Source: Chrysomallon squamiferum
Lineage: Eukaryota; Animalia; Mollusca
Direction of reading: 5' to 3'
Length of the DNA stretch: 64,000 bases
NCBI GenBank assembly: GCA_012295275.1
Contig: CM022670.1
Span: forward strand, 18,910,001 to 18,974,000
In this document: piece by piece, positions 29,015 to 42,200 of the stretch
Layout: each line of letters starts with the position of its first letter
Numbering within the stretch: the first letter of the stretch is position 1
Translations under genes and position numbers: made by a program
Notes under the pieces: model-generated
Database searches by the model: none
The model's input: the letters and a program-made list of their open reading frames with translations, nothing else
Told to the model about the DNA's origin: nothing

Positions 29015-29380
29015 TGTTTTGTTTCCAGTTCTATTAAATGAATTTTAACATCTTGCTATTTGAGATCTTCACATATACGAATATGTACAATGATGTCAGC
29101 TGAATTATGTTTTTCACTTCCTAAAATAATTGTATGTCAAACAACCAATGGGTGTCTAGCTTCAGTCACCTGTAAAAACTCAATTGCCTTAGAACAGTAA
29201 CTTTTAACCAGTAAAGAAAAATACTGCCTTATGTGAGTTATTAATGCAGGCATAGGCTATTTTATGAAATCCTGGATTTACAAATATTATATTTGATAAC
29301 TGTTTTAAAAAAAAAAAAAATATATATATATAAACATTCTTTCCTTAAAAATAGTAAAAGGTTTCTGGCCACTCCACAGA

Positions 29381-29413
<33 letters not shown>

Positions 29414-29730
29414 CCTTCTGATATGATGTAAACAACAATTTTAAATGATTATTTTCCATTCCAGCTAGCTAATTCATACAAAACTGATAATTAAAAATTA
29501 AATGTTTGTGCGATTTTAAAGTATGTGTGCCCCTTTTTTTATGCTGTATCTGAATTAATGATTTTTATATGATGACAATTTTTGTTTATTTCAAGCCTTT
29601 AGTGTTTATTAATTTTAATTTGCAGAGACACGCTTTGAAATCTACCTGATATTTAACTGGGAACACATTTTTGAATGAATTATATATTTCAAGATATAAA
29701 CAAATAGACCAGGAAGTTTAACTTAAGTTT
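27299..29730. repeat. Diverged direct duplication (offset ~1.62-1.65 kb) of the receptor promoter plus first exon
   Basis: Shared blocks: AGACCAGGAAGTTTAA at 28085 and 29706; GCA(A/G)AGACA..TGAAAT(T/C)TACCTGA(C/T)ATTTAAC at ~27998 and ~29622; ACCAAT blocks at 27481 and ~29144; first-exon copies. Confidence 0.8.
27301..27366 (-). pseudogene. Dead duplicate of the receptor's signal-peptide exon
   Basis: Homologous to 28948-29014 but 1 nt shorter ([17 protein letters not shown]), with the donor changed from GTAAGT to GCAAAT. Confidence 0.75.
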
Positions 29731-29908
29731 GTAATTTAATATTGCAGAAAAGTTTATGTCAGTTAAATTAGGGTGTTATATCAGGTTTGTGAAATGTCGT
29801 TATGCATGCTTTCCTTTGTATAGAATGGGCAGTTTAATGATATCTAGTTCCTTATCCCCCAAAAATCAAAATAAAGATTATTTTACACTCACACACATCC
29901 CCAAACAC

Positions 29909-29911
<3 letters not shown>

Positions 29912-29976
<65 letters not shown>
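29912..29976. repeat. (CT)n microsatellite
   Basis: Perfect dinucleotide run. Confidence 0.95.
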
Positions 29977-29978
<2 letters not shown>

Positions 29979-31303
29979 AAAAAAACATGTAACATGAATG
30001 TCAATAATATTTACTGTTATCTTGGTGATAATTTCACCTTAGAAATTCTCTGAAAATTATTCTAATACTAATACTGTATTATGCTTAATTATATGAAACA
30101 GCTTCATGTCACTGCACAAAGAAAGCTTTTTCCCATTCTAATCAGTGCTCAAATGATGTGCTTTTCCCTAACTATGAGACGATGCAGATTAATAATAAAA
30201 TGTATTTAAATTTTAAACATGATGGAAAATAATAAAGTGTATGCAAGATCAGGCAGTTGCTATTTTTTGAGACAGTGAGATAAATTAGAAAGTAAAGGTG
30301 TAGACTGGACATTTGCCAGACTGCTTACCCCTAACATATTGGACTATACCATCTTAAATATTTTTCATCTTTTTTTAAATCAACATGTCTAATAAATGTT
30401 TGTATTATGATCTTTATTTAAATCATTTAACATTAAACTGCATATAACAATTCACGAGCACAAAGCCATAATGATAACAAACATATGCACACACAAAAAG
30501 CACATGTACATCTTCACAGATAAAGATATAGTTGAAGCAGTAATTGTTGTTACTGGTACTGTTATTTATCAAAATAAATCTATTAAGAAAACAAATATAT
30601 GATATGATTTTATAATGTTTTCAACATTTAAACAAATAAGGAGGGTTGAAAATTATTATTAAAATAAATATTTTAAAAGGACTTTCAAACTAGAAATATG
30701 TGTCTACATTTTTATTATTATAATAAATAAGAGTTAATTTTATAAAATTATACATTTATTATAGGTATAATAATAAATAATAGTTTGTTTTTAATTCTCA
30801 TTTTAACGCAATAATATTTCTAAATGTTGGATATATAAAATTATACACCTATCATAAATCTAGTAATAAACAAGAGTTTTTAACCATCATTTAAAAGTGT
30901 AATTTTTTTCTAAATATGCAGCATATATATGGAAAAGAAATATACATTTACTATAATAACAATAGGTTATTTTGAAATGCAGGCATAACATAATCAGTAA
31001 TATTTATTTGGGATGAGTGATGATAATATTAACTCTAGCACATTTGAAGCATCAGTTTCATTTTAATTTTCTTTTTCTTTTAAATGTACTAGACATAGCT
31101 TCATTTACATTTCAGTTAATATATTTAAAAAAAAAAAAAAAAACTTCAGCTGATATTCACTGACAGTTACCATTGACTGGCTTCCAGCAGCCAAAGATTT
31201 GGTTGTTAAAGTTTACTGATGGAAGGAAATAAATGAAAGAATTTGTATATCTTAACATGAATTTAACATTTATTATTTCCATAGACAGGAAGTTTGATGT
31301 TCA

Positions 31304-31340
<37 letters not shown>

Positions 31341-31440
31341 TATATTAGTGGTGATGGTGGGGATGGTGTTACTGTTGTTATTATTATTATTGTTGTTGTT
31401 GTTGCTATTATTATTTTTATTATTATTATTATTATTATTT
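31304..31440. repeat. (ATT/GTT)n trinucleotide low-complexity tract
   Basis: Explains the poly-I, poly-N and poly-L ORFs in the ORF track. Confidence 0.9.
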
Positions 31441-31817
31441 CCAAATACTGATGATTCATGTAACACTTCAGTTGATAGGTACTGCTAATATATAGAAGTT
31501 AATCATCATGACACAAACATTTAAATGGCTTTAATCCATTATTTCTGCTGTTCTATACCCCCCCCCAAAAAAAATACTTCTGAAGAAAGATTAAAATGAA
31601 CAAAATATAATATGCTGTGTGCTGTCTTGATTAAACTCAGAACATTTTTAACCACTTTTATATTATGATAAACTACTACAAATAGGAAACATGATATCCT
31701 TGCTTATCCAGATATGCAGATTAATTAACTTATGGCATGATAATGTATGACAGAATAGGCTTACCTCTCCACATACTTTTGTCTTCTTGTTTTTTTATTT
31801 GCCATTATTTAGCACTG

Positions 31818-31818
<1 letters not shown>

Positions 31819-31868
<50 letters not shown>

Positions 31869-31896
31869 GTAATAATAATAATAATAATGATAATAA
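31819..31896. repeat. (TAA)n microsatellite
   Basis: Near-perfect trinucleotide run. Confidence 0.95.
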
Positions 31897-32361
31897 TTAA
31901 TTAATTAAAATAAAAACATTTTCATTAATTTATCTAACATTCACTTTTATCCATTTTATTTATTTATTTATCCATTGCTCATGGTTGCATTTTTGTCATG
32001 TTTTCAGTTGTTTTAGAGAGTTTGGGTAATTTGAAATTGTTGTCATTATTTAAAACCAAAAATAATATCAGCCTTATATATCTAAATAAATACATACATT
32101 CATACATGCAAACAAACAAACATACATTCATACATACACACACACAGACATACACATACACATGTTCACATACATACAGATAGACAAAGAAACAGAGATA
32201 CATACATAAATAAATATATACATACAAGCATACATATTTACAAATTTTAATTATTTATGTTTATTTATTTTAACATTTTTAAGTCATTTCAATATATTGT
32301 TTTGAATAAAATAAAAAACTGGAATCGGTACCTAATGAAAACATTAAACCCTATTTTTTTT

Positions 32362-32464
<103 letters not shown>

Positions 32465-33134
32465 CATCGACTCAGTCTTACTACTCGTTTTTACACAGTA
32501 AAGAACATATAATTATTATTTTACAATCCTAAAGAACACCATTGACTCAGTCTTTCTGTTTAATTTTGCCTTGCAAAATACGATTATTTATAACTAAACT
32601 GATTAATATCGTAAGCGTATTTGTTACACGACACCTAATAAAGGTGAAAATTAAAATAAAATAAAAAAATTAATAAAACTGAGTCTGTTTTCTGTAAGCA
32701 AAAGTACAATTATTCGAAAAAAAAAATTATATTTTTTGTTTTGGCTTCAGCCGTACCGTAATGATTTCGAAATAAAATTAACATTACATTGATAAAACCG
32801 ATTATAATTTGAGATTATTGGCAGTTTCAACAGATTAGAATAGGTGTAATACGTTATTTAGTGAAAGCTGTTATGAAATACATCTGTCCACGATCCAGAG
32901 AGTAAGGGTCTTAGAATTACTATAGATATTTACAATATTTCACGTTATTAAAGCTCTTGAAAAAGGTATGATGTTTATCAAGAACAAGCAACCTTAAAGA
33001 ACCCGTAATTGTTTTTCTTGTTACGTCCAATATATCACGACAAACAGTACACCTCTGAAAGCCTATTTGGGAAAGTGCTTACAAAAGATTCTTTGTTACG
33101 ACTTGAATAGAAGAGACTAAAGTGATGCATATTT

Positions 33135-33138
33135 AATA

Positions 33139-33182
<44 letters not shown>

Positions 33183-33201
33183 TAATAAATATAATAATAA
33201 A

Positions 33202-33237
<36 letters not shown>

Positions 33238-33248
33238 ATTATTATTAA
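33135..33248. repeat. Compound (AAT)n-(GTT)n microsatellite
   Basis: AAT run directly followed by a GTT/ATT run. Confidence 0.9.
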
Positions 33249-34452
33249 TATTTCACGGACTAATAGAGGGGAGCATCGATCCTGAAAATGTAAAGCTTAT
33301 GGAAATCGCGAATGTAAGGCATTAACCCTGAATTTTACTGAAATATTAAACTTTAGTACATCACAGCTATATTACACAGTAATATGATAAACGAGCGAAA
33401 AATATAGAGACATAAAAACAATGAAAACAAATGTCAAACAAAATATGTAAAGAAAACTGTACTTAAGACAAATGTTGGGTAGGATGGGTGAAGTTTGTTA
33501 GGTTAAGGTGATTATTGGTGCAACTGTAAAATTTACTCTTACAGCTGGCTTGCATGTTGTTGATGGAAAGGGGGTTGCCGTGATCGTATAGTGGAACTTC
33601 AGTATCTAGAGATAAGGTTTCAAGTGGTAAATGGCGGTACATTCAATTATGAAGAAAACAAGAATGGGAGGCATCATTGTGGAAGATATATAATAATATT
33701 ACTGAGAGCATTACAACAGCGAATGCAGAATATCAACAAAAATCTCACAAGAATATATATTTCAAGATGTAATGAGTTAAATTACAACGAACGAATCATG
33801 TACCAACGTACTGATCCAACAAACTCACACACACAACAAACACACATATATACATACACATACAAACACAGGCAGATAGTTAGAGACACGCACACACACA
33901 CATTAAAAAAATAATAAAAAAAAAAAAGAATAATATAACAAACAAAAAACAGAAACCATTATACACAAATATATGTTTCTATGTATTCATCGCTAATGAA
34001 AATAAAGGTGGAAACTATGCCGGGATCTTAAAAAAAAAAAAATATTTTTTCTTAATTTAATTGAAGAAGAGCATTTTATGGTGACGTATTGTAATATAAT
34101 CTTAACACAAATTTAAAAAAACCAGCCGATACGTTCATGGATCTTATGAAAATAATGAGCTCATCTAAGTGATTACATCATCAACTCTTTCCACAAGCTA
34201 TTTGTTAATGTTTGGTAATACGAAATTACTATGGCACAATAAAGATAAAACAAATAAAATAAAATAATAAGCAATTTTCATACTTCAATATTAAAAATTC
34301 TCGATAAACGGAATTGGTTATCTTTATACTAGAAAAATTTATTATTTGAATTATACGTGCAGTAAACAAATCTAACAGTCTGAATTAGATTTCGACAAAT
34401 CTCCTTATGAAAAAGAATTAACAGTAAAAGATAACTGTGACTTAATACTGGA

Positions 34453-34515
34453 GTTTGACACCCAGTGCCGATATATTTTTGTGTGCTGGGGTGTCGTTAA
34501 ACATTCATTCATTCA
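34453..34515 (+). mobile_element. Extremely 5'-truncated retroposon (LINE/SINE 3' end) with (CATT)n tail and 11-bp TSD
   Basis: TTAATACTGGA flanks it at 34442-34452 and 34516-34526. Internal GACACCCAG...CTGGGGTGTC inverted repeat. Homologous to the LINE 3' end at ~10050-10105. Confidence 0.8.
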
Positions 34516-35549
34516 TTAATACTGGAATTTTAAAATCCTTTTGTTTTATTTTATTTTATTTATTAAGAAATTGTTGCAGTTGACGTAACAGTTTATCATT
34601 AATTTCTTACAAAAACCGATTGATTTAAATAAACAAATACACTTCTGATTAAACAAATACTGTATTTGAATATGTAGTGTGTATGTATAAATTTATTAAC
34701 AAGTCTACATATTCACAACCGCTTTCACCCATTTTTCTTTCTGTTCTTATTTATTTATTGTTTAATGATGAAACATTAAGAACGATGAACTGCGCGTCCA
34801 TTTTTCTGAATAAAAGGCACGCACGCACCCACGCAAACACACACAAAAGAAACATATATACACATATTGATATACATGCGTATATATATATATATTCTTA
34901 TACACACACGTACATATATATATATACACACATTCACACATACTTATATATATGTATGTATACATACACATATACTAACACAAATTCATACACATAGACA
35001 TAAACACATATACAGATACGTATAAAAAGTACTCAAAACACCGATGTCACTCTTATTTTTATTTTTATTCTTTTTTTTTTCTTTTTTTTCTTTGTATTTT
35101 TACAGATTTTATTATTTTGAATTAACTGTATTTACTTATTTATTAATGTATTTGTTATTATTGTTTTAAATTTGTAATCATTTCAAATTTAATTGTCTAA
35201 ATTAATAAATAAATTCTCAGTTTGGCCTTCATTTTTTTCTCCTTACATTTATATTTCTTTCTTTTCTTTAAAATAAAAAAAAAAAAAAAAAAAATGTATT
35301 TATTTATTTATTTATTTATAACTTAACACTGATATTAAATATTCTGAAATTTGTTGTCATTTAAAAACTGAGTAATCTTAAATTAAAAAATTATTTGGTT
35401 AAGAATATTTCATATTATCAATTATATTTATTTTATAATTATTGCAATAACAGATTCTACGATATTTCCATAAAATATGCAAAAATTACATGAAACGATA
35501 TATGTGCATAATGCTTTATTGTTTTATCAGCTTATGCTAGACGATATTT

Positions 35550-35870
35550 TCTGCTTGCAAAAGCGGTTCCTGCAAATTTTCAGTCCTGACAGAGCTCGGA
35601 GCATTTGACGTCAGGGGTTCGAGGGTATTTTTATTGCTGTCCCATAATTCATCTTTCCAGTTTTTCCGAAGTTTCTCGCTTCGGTTCGGTTTGGAAACCC
35701 CGTAAGATCCGGCCAATGAAGTAGGATCACGTGATTGGATGAACAAATGAAGTGTTTCCAGTTTTGAATAATTAACTTTCGCCACATTCCGGATTGATCG
35801 GGAGTGTTCGAGAGCCCTGTGACAAGCGTAAAACTTTTCATCAACAGCCGCCATCTTAGGTATCGAAGTT
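35550..35870 (+). promoter_or_regulatory. CBP promoter: CpG-rich, with palindromic CRE, CCAAT boxes, E-box and YY1 site
   Basis: TGACGTCA 35606-35613; CCAAT 35713-35717; TCACGTGA 35727-35734 abutting ATTGG 35734-35738; GCCGCCATCTT 35847-35857. Sharp rise in GC and CpG relative to the flanks. Confidence 0.75.
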
Positions 35871-36238
35871 CTGATGGATCGACGAGTTTCAAACGATTAA
35901 TTTCATTCTTTTTACATTTCTGTCCATCTTGTAACCGGTACGGAAATTCATTGACACCTAAGGAATAATTTAAGTCCAGGGATGGTCGTGTAAGGACCGA
36001 ACTGGATCATATTTTAACATGAAAAGTTGTGCCGATTACGGCTTTGTGCTAGCAATCATGGAGGCTTGGACATTTCAGGGATTCCCTGTGTGTTGTTTGG
36101 ATACATGCAAGCGCATCGTCATGATGTAGGTCTTATGCGGCAAATGTTGTTTTTATTGAACCACGTAAAGCCAACTGATCACAGGTGAACAGTGAAGTAG
36201 GCTTGCATTTTTTTTCTAGTAACTAATTTTTACAAAAC

Positions 36239-39200
36239 ATGGCTGACCAGCTTGTGGATGGCGCCCCAGCGGCCAAACGACAGAGGAGAGATCTTGCGTC
36301 GCCATCTCTTACTCCTGCAAGTGACAGTTCAGGTACACTTTTAATACAAGTTAAATATCATTTGTAGTTCATAATAGTCACCAGGATTTTTTATGTGTCA
36401 TAGCCTTTGTCAAAGTTGGGATTTTAAAATAATTTTTGTGGTTCGATAAGGGATTTTTTAAGACTTAGTTAAGTAGAAAATTAAGATTTATTTTGATACA
36501 TCCGGTGAATTAATTAATTTTAATCCTTTCAGATGTATGTATATGTATATATAATTATAATTATATATATCTGTAAACATTTAAGTGGAATCGTAAATTA
36601 AAATCTTTAAAAGGTAGGTATAATTTACTCAAATTAAAATCTGGAATACATTCTGGTTTTAATAAGGTTTGTTAGTGAATTATTAACATTAATATTTACA
36701 GTATTTTCTTGGTTCAAAATAAATACTGAGTTTTTTTATTTCCTTCAAAAATAAATTTGTATGTATTCAAAGTTTTTGATCCCCACTAGATATGTGCAAT
36801 TGTTTCAGTTCATATATATTTGTATATGTTGGTTTAATATTTAGTATTTGAACAAAAGGATCTATTAATTCATGGCTACAGTAAAACTATTTTGTTCAGT
36901 TAATTGATCAGAAATTTGTGTAAATGTATTAAAAGTGAAAACAATATTCTTGTTTGAAAATTAGATGCAAAGATGCTTGATACTTGAAAGCCTTTTTTAA
37001 CAAAACAACTTTGAACTTCAAGAACTTTTTGATTACATAAAATAATTGCAGTATTTTTTGCTACTTTAAATAATTGATTGTGAATCAGAATTAATATTGT
37101 TAAATTGAATCTTGTATCATTTTAATCCAAATTTAAAACCCCCCCACAAAAGCATGTTTTTATATATAGCTATGGAATTGTTAAATAAAACTTTTTTAAA
37201 ACAAATAATTCATCCTCACAGTACTAAAATAAAAATCAGCCACTACAATTGTACATGTAAAAAATAGAATTTAGAAAAAAAAAATTGGATATGTTTTCTT
37301 AAAAAATAGAACATCATACTTTAGTTCATTTTTTTAAAAAGTTAGTATTAAATGATGTTTTTTGTTAAGTAGATCTTCAAAACAATTGTTGTTCAGCAAA
37401 ATAAATTAAAAGTACTCTGAAATAAAATCCTTTACTTTACAGATATCAGCTTTGACACACTCATGCATTTTGCAAGTGAACTTCCAGATGAACTGACAAG
37501 TACAAATGATGGAAATCATAATGCACTTTGTGACCAACCAACATCAAGTCATGACAATACAGCACAAAGCAACCAGCAGTTATCTCATCTTCTGTCTAGT
37601 TCGACACCACCTTCAACTAATATTTCAATTACTAATAGTATTGCTAGTCCACAAAATCAAAATCCTGCCCAAGGAAGAAATGCTGGTCTTGTACAACTTC
37701 CTCCAGGGAGTGGGCTAAATGCAGTGAATAAGAATGCGCACATGAATATGTCTTCTGTCTTTGGTGGAATTGTAAAGCAGGGCACAATAAATCCTCAGCA
37801 CATGATGAATATTTCTGATTCAAACCTTATAAATACTAGTGCTGCATTTACTGTAGCAAATTCTAGTGGAACAAATTTGGGTGCTGTCTCAAGTTCAATG
37901 AATATAAAACCAATGACTTCACAGCATATGGTTTCTGGTGTGAATCTGAGTCAGCATAATCCCAACCAACCTCTGATGAATGGGCCTTCTTATTCTCAAA
38001 GTAATGTTGGTCAGGCTAGAATTGTTCCTTCAAATACTGTCGGAAACACCAGTACCATGCCAATGTCTCAAGGCAATTTAATGGGACAGTCACTTAATAT
38101 AGCCCAGTTACCAGGTCATCAAAATCTTGGCCATCCTGGTTTAAATTCTGTCCAGTCACACCAGCAAATTGCTAAGGTATGTATAATTGGAATTATTTAA
38201 TCAAACGATTTATCTTGTTAAAATATTTACAGCTAGTACAGCAGCTATTACTTTTACAGATTTTTTACTTCCTTTAATGGTTTAATCACAAAGAGCTTTG
38301 CACTGAAATAACAGTATAAAATTATTATTTTTTATCAATAGCAATATTTGAATCTAATAATAAAGTTCAGAAATTGATATAAAGCAAACCGCTGTGATAA
38401 TTGTGATAGGGGTTTGTTTTTACATATATAATATTCAGCAGTCAGTACATTTAACATTTAAATACATTATGTGTTTCCCTTTGTCAGACTGTTCCACAGG
38501 GTGGTGGTGCTGCTGCATTCAACTTCAGTTCTGCCCCTGGTCATCCTCCTTCAACAGCTACCTTTACAACACCACTTTCAACTGCAATGACATCTATGAC
38601 CTCTCCTCCTATGAATGCAGGCAATGTTATGACCAATGTAAGTTACTAATATTTGTTTTAATTAACAGTTTTGAAGGAATGTACATTCTTGATATGTTTA
38701 TGAAAAAGTAATTTATGTAGTTATACTTGATATTCCTAACATCTAGAAGAACTAAAAGGTGCACATGTTGTTCTTTTTTCCTTTCTTTTTTTGTTGTTGA
38801 TATTTTTAAAGTGTTATTAATGTGTTTTTGTTTATTTTGTTATAAAAAAAATGTTTTATAATAATTTTATTATTTTGTTTTAGCCGGGACAGCCAGGACA
38901 GCCAGGACAACCAGGACAACCAGGACAGCCAGGACAACCAGGACAGCCAGGACAGCCAGTTCAGCCAGGAACAAGTCGTCCAGGAGCTACAGACCCAGAC
39001 AAGAGTAAACTTATCCAACAGCAGCTTGTCCTGCTGCTTCATGCCCACAAGTGTCAGAGACGTGAAGCAACCAATGGAGAACAAGCTTGCAGCCTTCCTT
39101 ACTGTCGAACAATGAAAAATGTCTTAAATCACATGACAACATGTAGTGCTGGAAAAGCATGTCAGGGTTAGTGAATATTTAAAAAACAAAAATTAATATA

Positions 39201-42200
39201 ATTTTTAAATGGTAACATTTAAAAAATGAGTATCATGTCACTCAGAATGCCAGGCTGCAGTTTTATTATTTTATAACAATCATTCTTCATTTATTTTAGT
39301 ACAAGATAAATTAATATTATACTGTCTATTTTCAGTTGCTCACTGTGCTTCATCCAGACAAATTATAACTCACTGGAAAAACTGCACACGTAGTGATTGT
39401 CCAGTGTGTTTGCCACTGAAGCATGCTTCTGATAGAAGAAACACAACAGGTTTGCTTTAATTACAAATTAATACTATGGCTTTTTACTTTCAGTCTGCAG
39501 ATGTGTCTGATATTAGAGAATACCAAAAATAAAATTATTTTTGTGACACATCTTAATTTTGAAAAAGCTTAAATGATTGGCATAATTTTTATTTTTTTGT
39601 GTTTTCTAGAGATTTTCTTCTATCATGTAGACATTACTGTAAGATACAGTAAAGTAGACTGATTATTTTTAGTAGCTTAGATCTGTAGATGTTCAGTGAT
39701 GAAGATTGTATTTACAAGTTTATGTTTAAATTATGTATTTTACATTGATGTTACATCTCAAAGTAAAATAATATATATTTTTATAGCCCAGAACACCACT
39801 GTTGCACCTTCTAACACTCAGACTGCAACTGCAGCGGCATCAACCACTGGAGGTGTCAAGACTGCTGATCCAGCAACAATGAAAAGGGCTTATGATGCAC
39901 TTGGTCTTCAGTATAATAGTGCAGGGGCAACACATCTCCCTTCAGTACATACCCAGATAAATCAAGGAATTGCATCTTCAGGTATGTTGTATGCCATCAT
40001 TAACAGGCATTGGATTTTAATTTTTTTAGAACATACCAAGTGCCAGGGTTAAACAGAAATGTTAGGACACCAAGGTAAGTTGGAGGAGGACCAAGGCAGC
40101 TTAATTTGTACCAGGTGTTGAGACTGCTGCATTTTGTAAGAGTTACGACCATCTAATAATCAAAAATATATTAATTAGAATTATTTATATCTTAAACAAA
40201 CTTGGCAGCTGCAAAGCTAAGCTCCTGTTTTTCACATTCTTTTATTCTACTTTGTGTGGCTTTTCTAGTTAAGATAACAGAGATACTTAATTAACCTAAT
40301 ACAGAGCTTATTCCATGATAATGCAAATACAGCTGTGCCCATGATGCTGCCACATGGAGTAGAGAATTTTTCTTGACAGAAGTCAAAACACAAAACATTT
40401 TAAAAACACCAAGAAATGTCTCTTGTTATTCGACATGGTCAGTGAATTAATTGAATTTTGGGGATGGTCACTAAATCAAATGCTCCTGCACTAATAATTT
40501 TTATTTCATCAAAAACTAGGATTAAACTAACACCAAAAAGGCAATGTCTTGTTGTCTGCTTTAGAAAATATATTTTGTTTCAAGAGCTTTGATACGTGTG
40601 TGTGTGTAATGGAATGTAATAATGAATAAAGACAAATGTTTAATTTTTGCATAACATAAAACATTTTTTTTGAAATGCAGATTAAAACAACAACATGGTT
40701 AATGTTTTTCCTGATGTTGCTAAATATTACTGTATTTTTTGATAATGAAGTGAGATCTGGACAGCTGGATTCCTTTACCTTTTTTTTCTATCACTACAGC
40801 CCCAATAAGCTCAGCAAATCAAGCAAATCATGTTCAACAACTTATGGCAACACAGCCTAATGTAAACAATCCAGCAGCAAATCCTGCTCAGAGTATGACT
40901 CCGCTATCAGATGGACTTGGAACTGTCCAGCAGCCAAATGCACAAATATCTGATGATTGGCACCAAAATGTGACCCAGGATCTTCGAAATCACCTTGTTC
41001 ATAAATTGTAAGTAAATTAATTTTTTTAATTAAATATGTTTGATTTTATAATTACTCAATATTTTTCTTTAAATCTTAAAGAAAAAACAGGGCTGTTAAT
41101 AAAAGGTCTCTAATTAGTAGAAATATTTTCAGCCCCAATAAATTGATAATTAAAATAATAAAATTTGATAACAAAAAAGGTGTCTCCTGCAATACATTCA
41201 AAGTAACTTACCAGTTTCCTTGAAGTTTAAACAGTTATAATATGTAATTCTTGTAAAATAATACCACTGTGAAATAAAAAAAATTCTTCTGAGATAATTT
41301 GTTTTAATTGCATATTCAAGTTGTAAAATTTACAGACTAATAATTAGTTACTATTTACAATTTTAGAGTTCAAGCTATTTTTCCAACACCTGAGCCTGCT
41401 GCCTTGAAAGACAGTCGTATGAAGAATCTGGTGGCTTATGCTCGAAAAGTTGAAGGAGATATGTATGAAACTGCTAACAGTCGAGTAAGTTCTTTATACA
41501 TAAGATGAATAGTAACATTTCTCATTGGTGAAATAGCTGAAAATGAAATATTAATCAAATGTAAACATTTATAATACAGACTGCTTACATAGAAGTGATT
41601 TGGAAGGCAAAAACTGATACTTAATTCTTTCTTCATGTTCTGTATACAACTTAAGATGTTACCTGGTCCTTAATCATAATTATAATTATAAAAGTTCAAA
41701 TTAAGGCTCTTAAAATCTTAATTATTAATACTGCAATATATTTTCATTGACGTTTTCCTGCCTTTCAAGGTTGTTTATACACTTATTACAAGTGAAAATT
41801 TATATTTTCACAGACTGAATATTAACAAAATCAAATGTTTTTCTGAAAGTGATTTGTCTATATTTCAGTGTTTGTAATATTAATAATCTTATTTATTTAT
41901 TTATAACAGGAGGAATATTATCATCTACTGGCTGAAAAGATCTATAAAATACAAAAAGAACTTGATGAGAAAAGAATTCAGAGAATGATGAGAGGCGGCA
42001 ACACTTCAGGACCAAATGCTCAGAGTACTCTAGTGGGGCCTGCACGACAAACAGGACAGCAGAGTAAGTTTACTTTCAAACTATATTTCTCTGCAGTTTT
42101 TACTAGAATAAATTTATGTTGTGGAAAGGACATGTTAACATATCCCAGTCTGCAAGGAGAAAAGTGCACAGATAATATTAAATAATTTGCATTTTAAATT

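Noticed and set aside
33591-33914. 107-aa ORF whose LEIRFQVVNGG faintly resembles the receptor exon [11 protein letters not shown]
   Set aside because: GTG start, no phase-compatible acceptor, runs into (CA)-rich repeat, and the similarity is too short to support homology.
35537-35892. Minus-strand ORFs (105 and 93 aa) over the CBP promoter; MAAVDEK starts at the YY1 motif
   Set aside because: AAGATGGCGGC is the YY1 consensus, the peptides resemble nothing I recognise, and ORF length is explained by local GC. A divergent transcript cannot be excluded.
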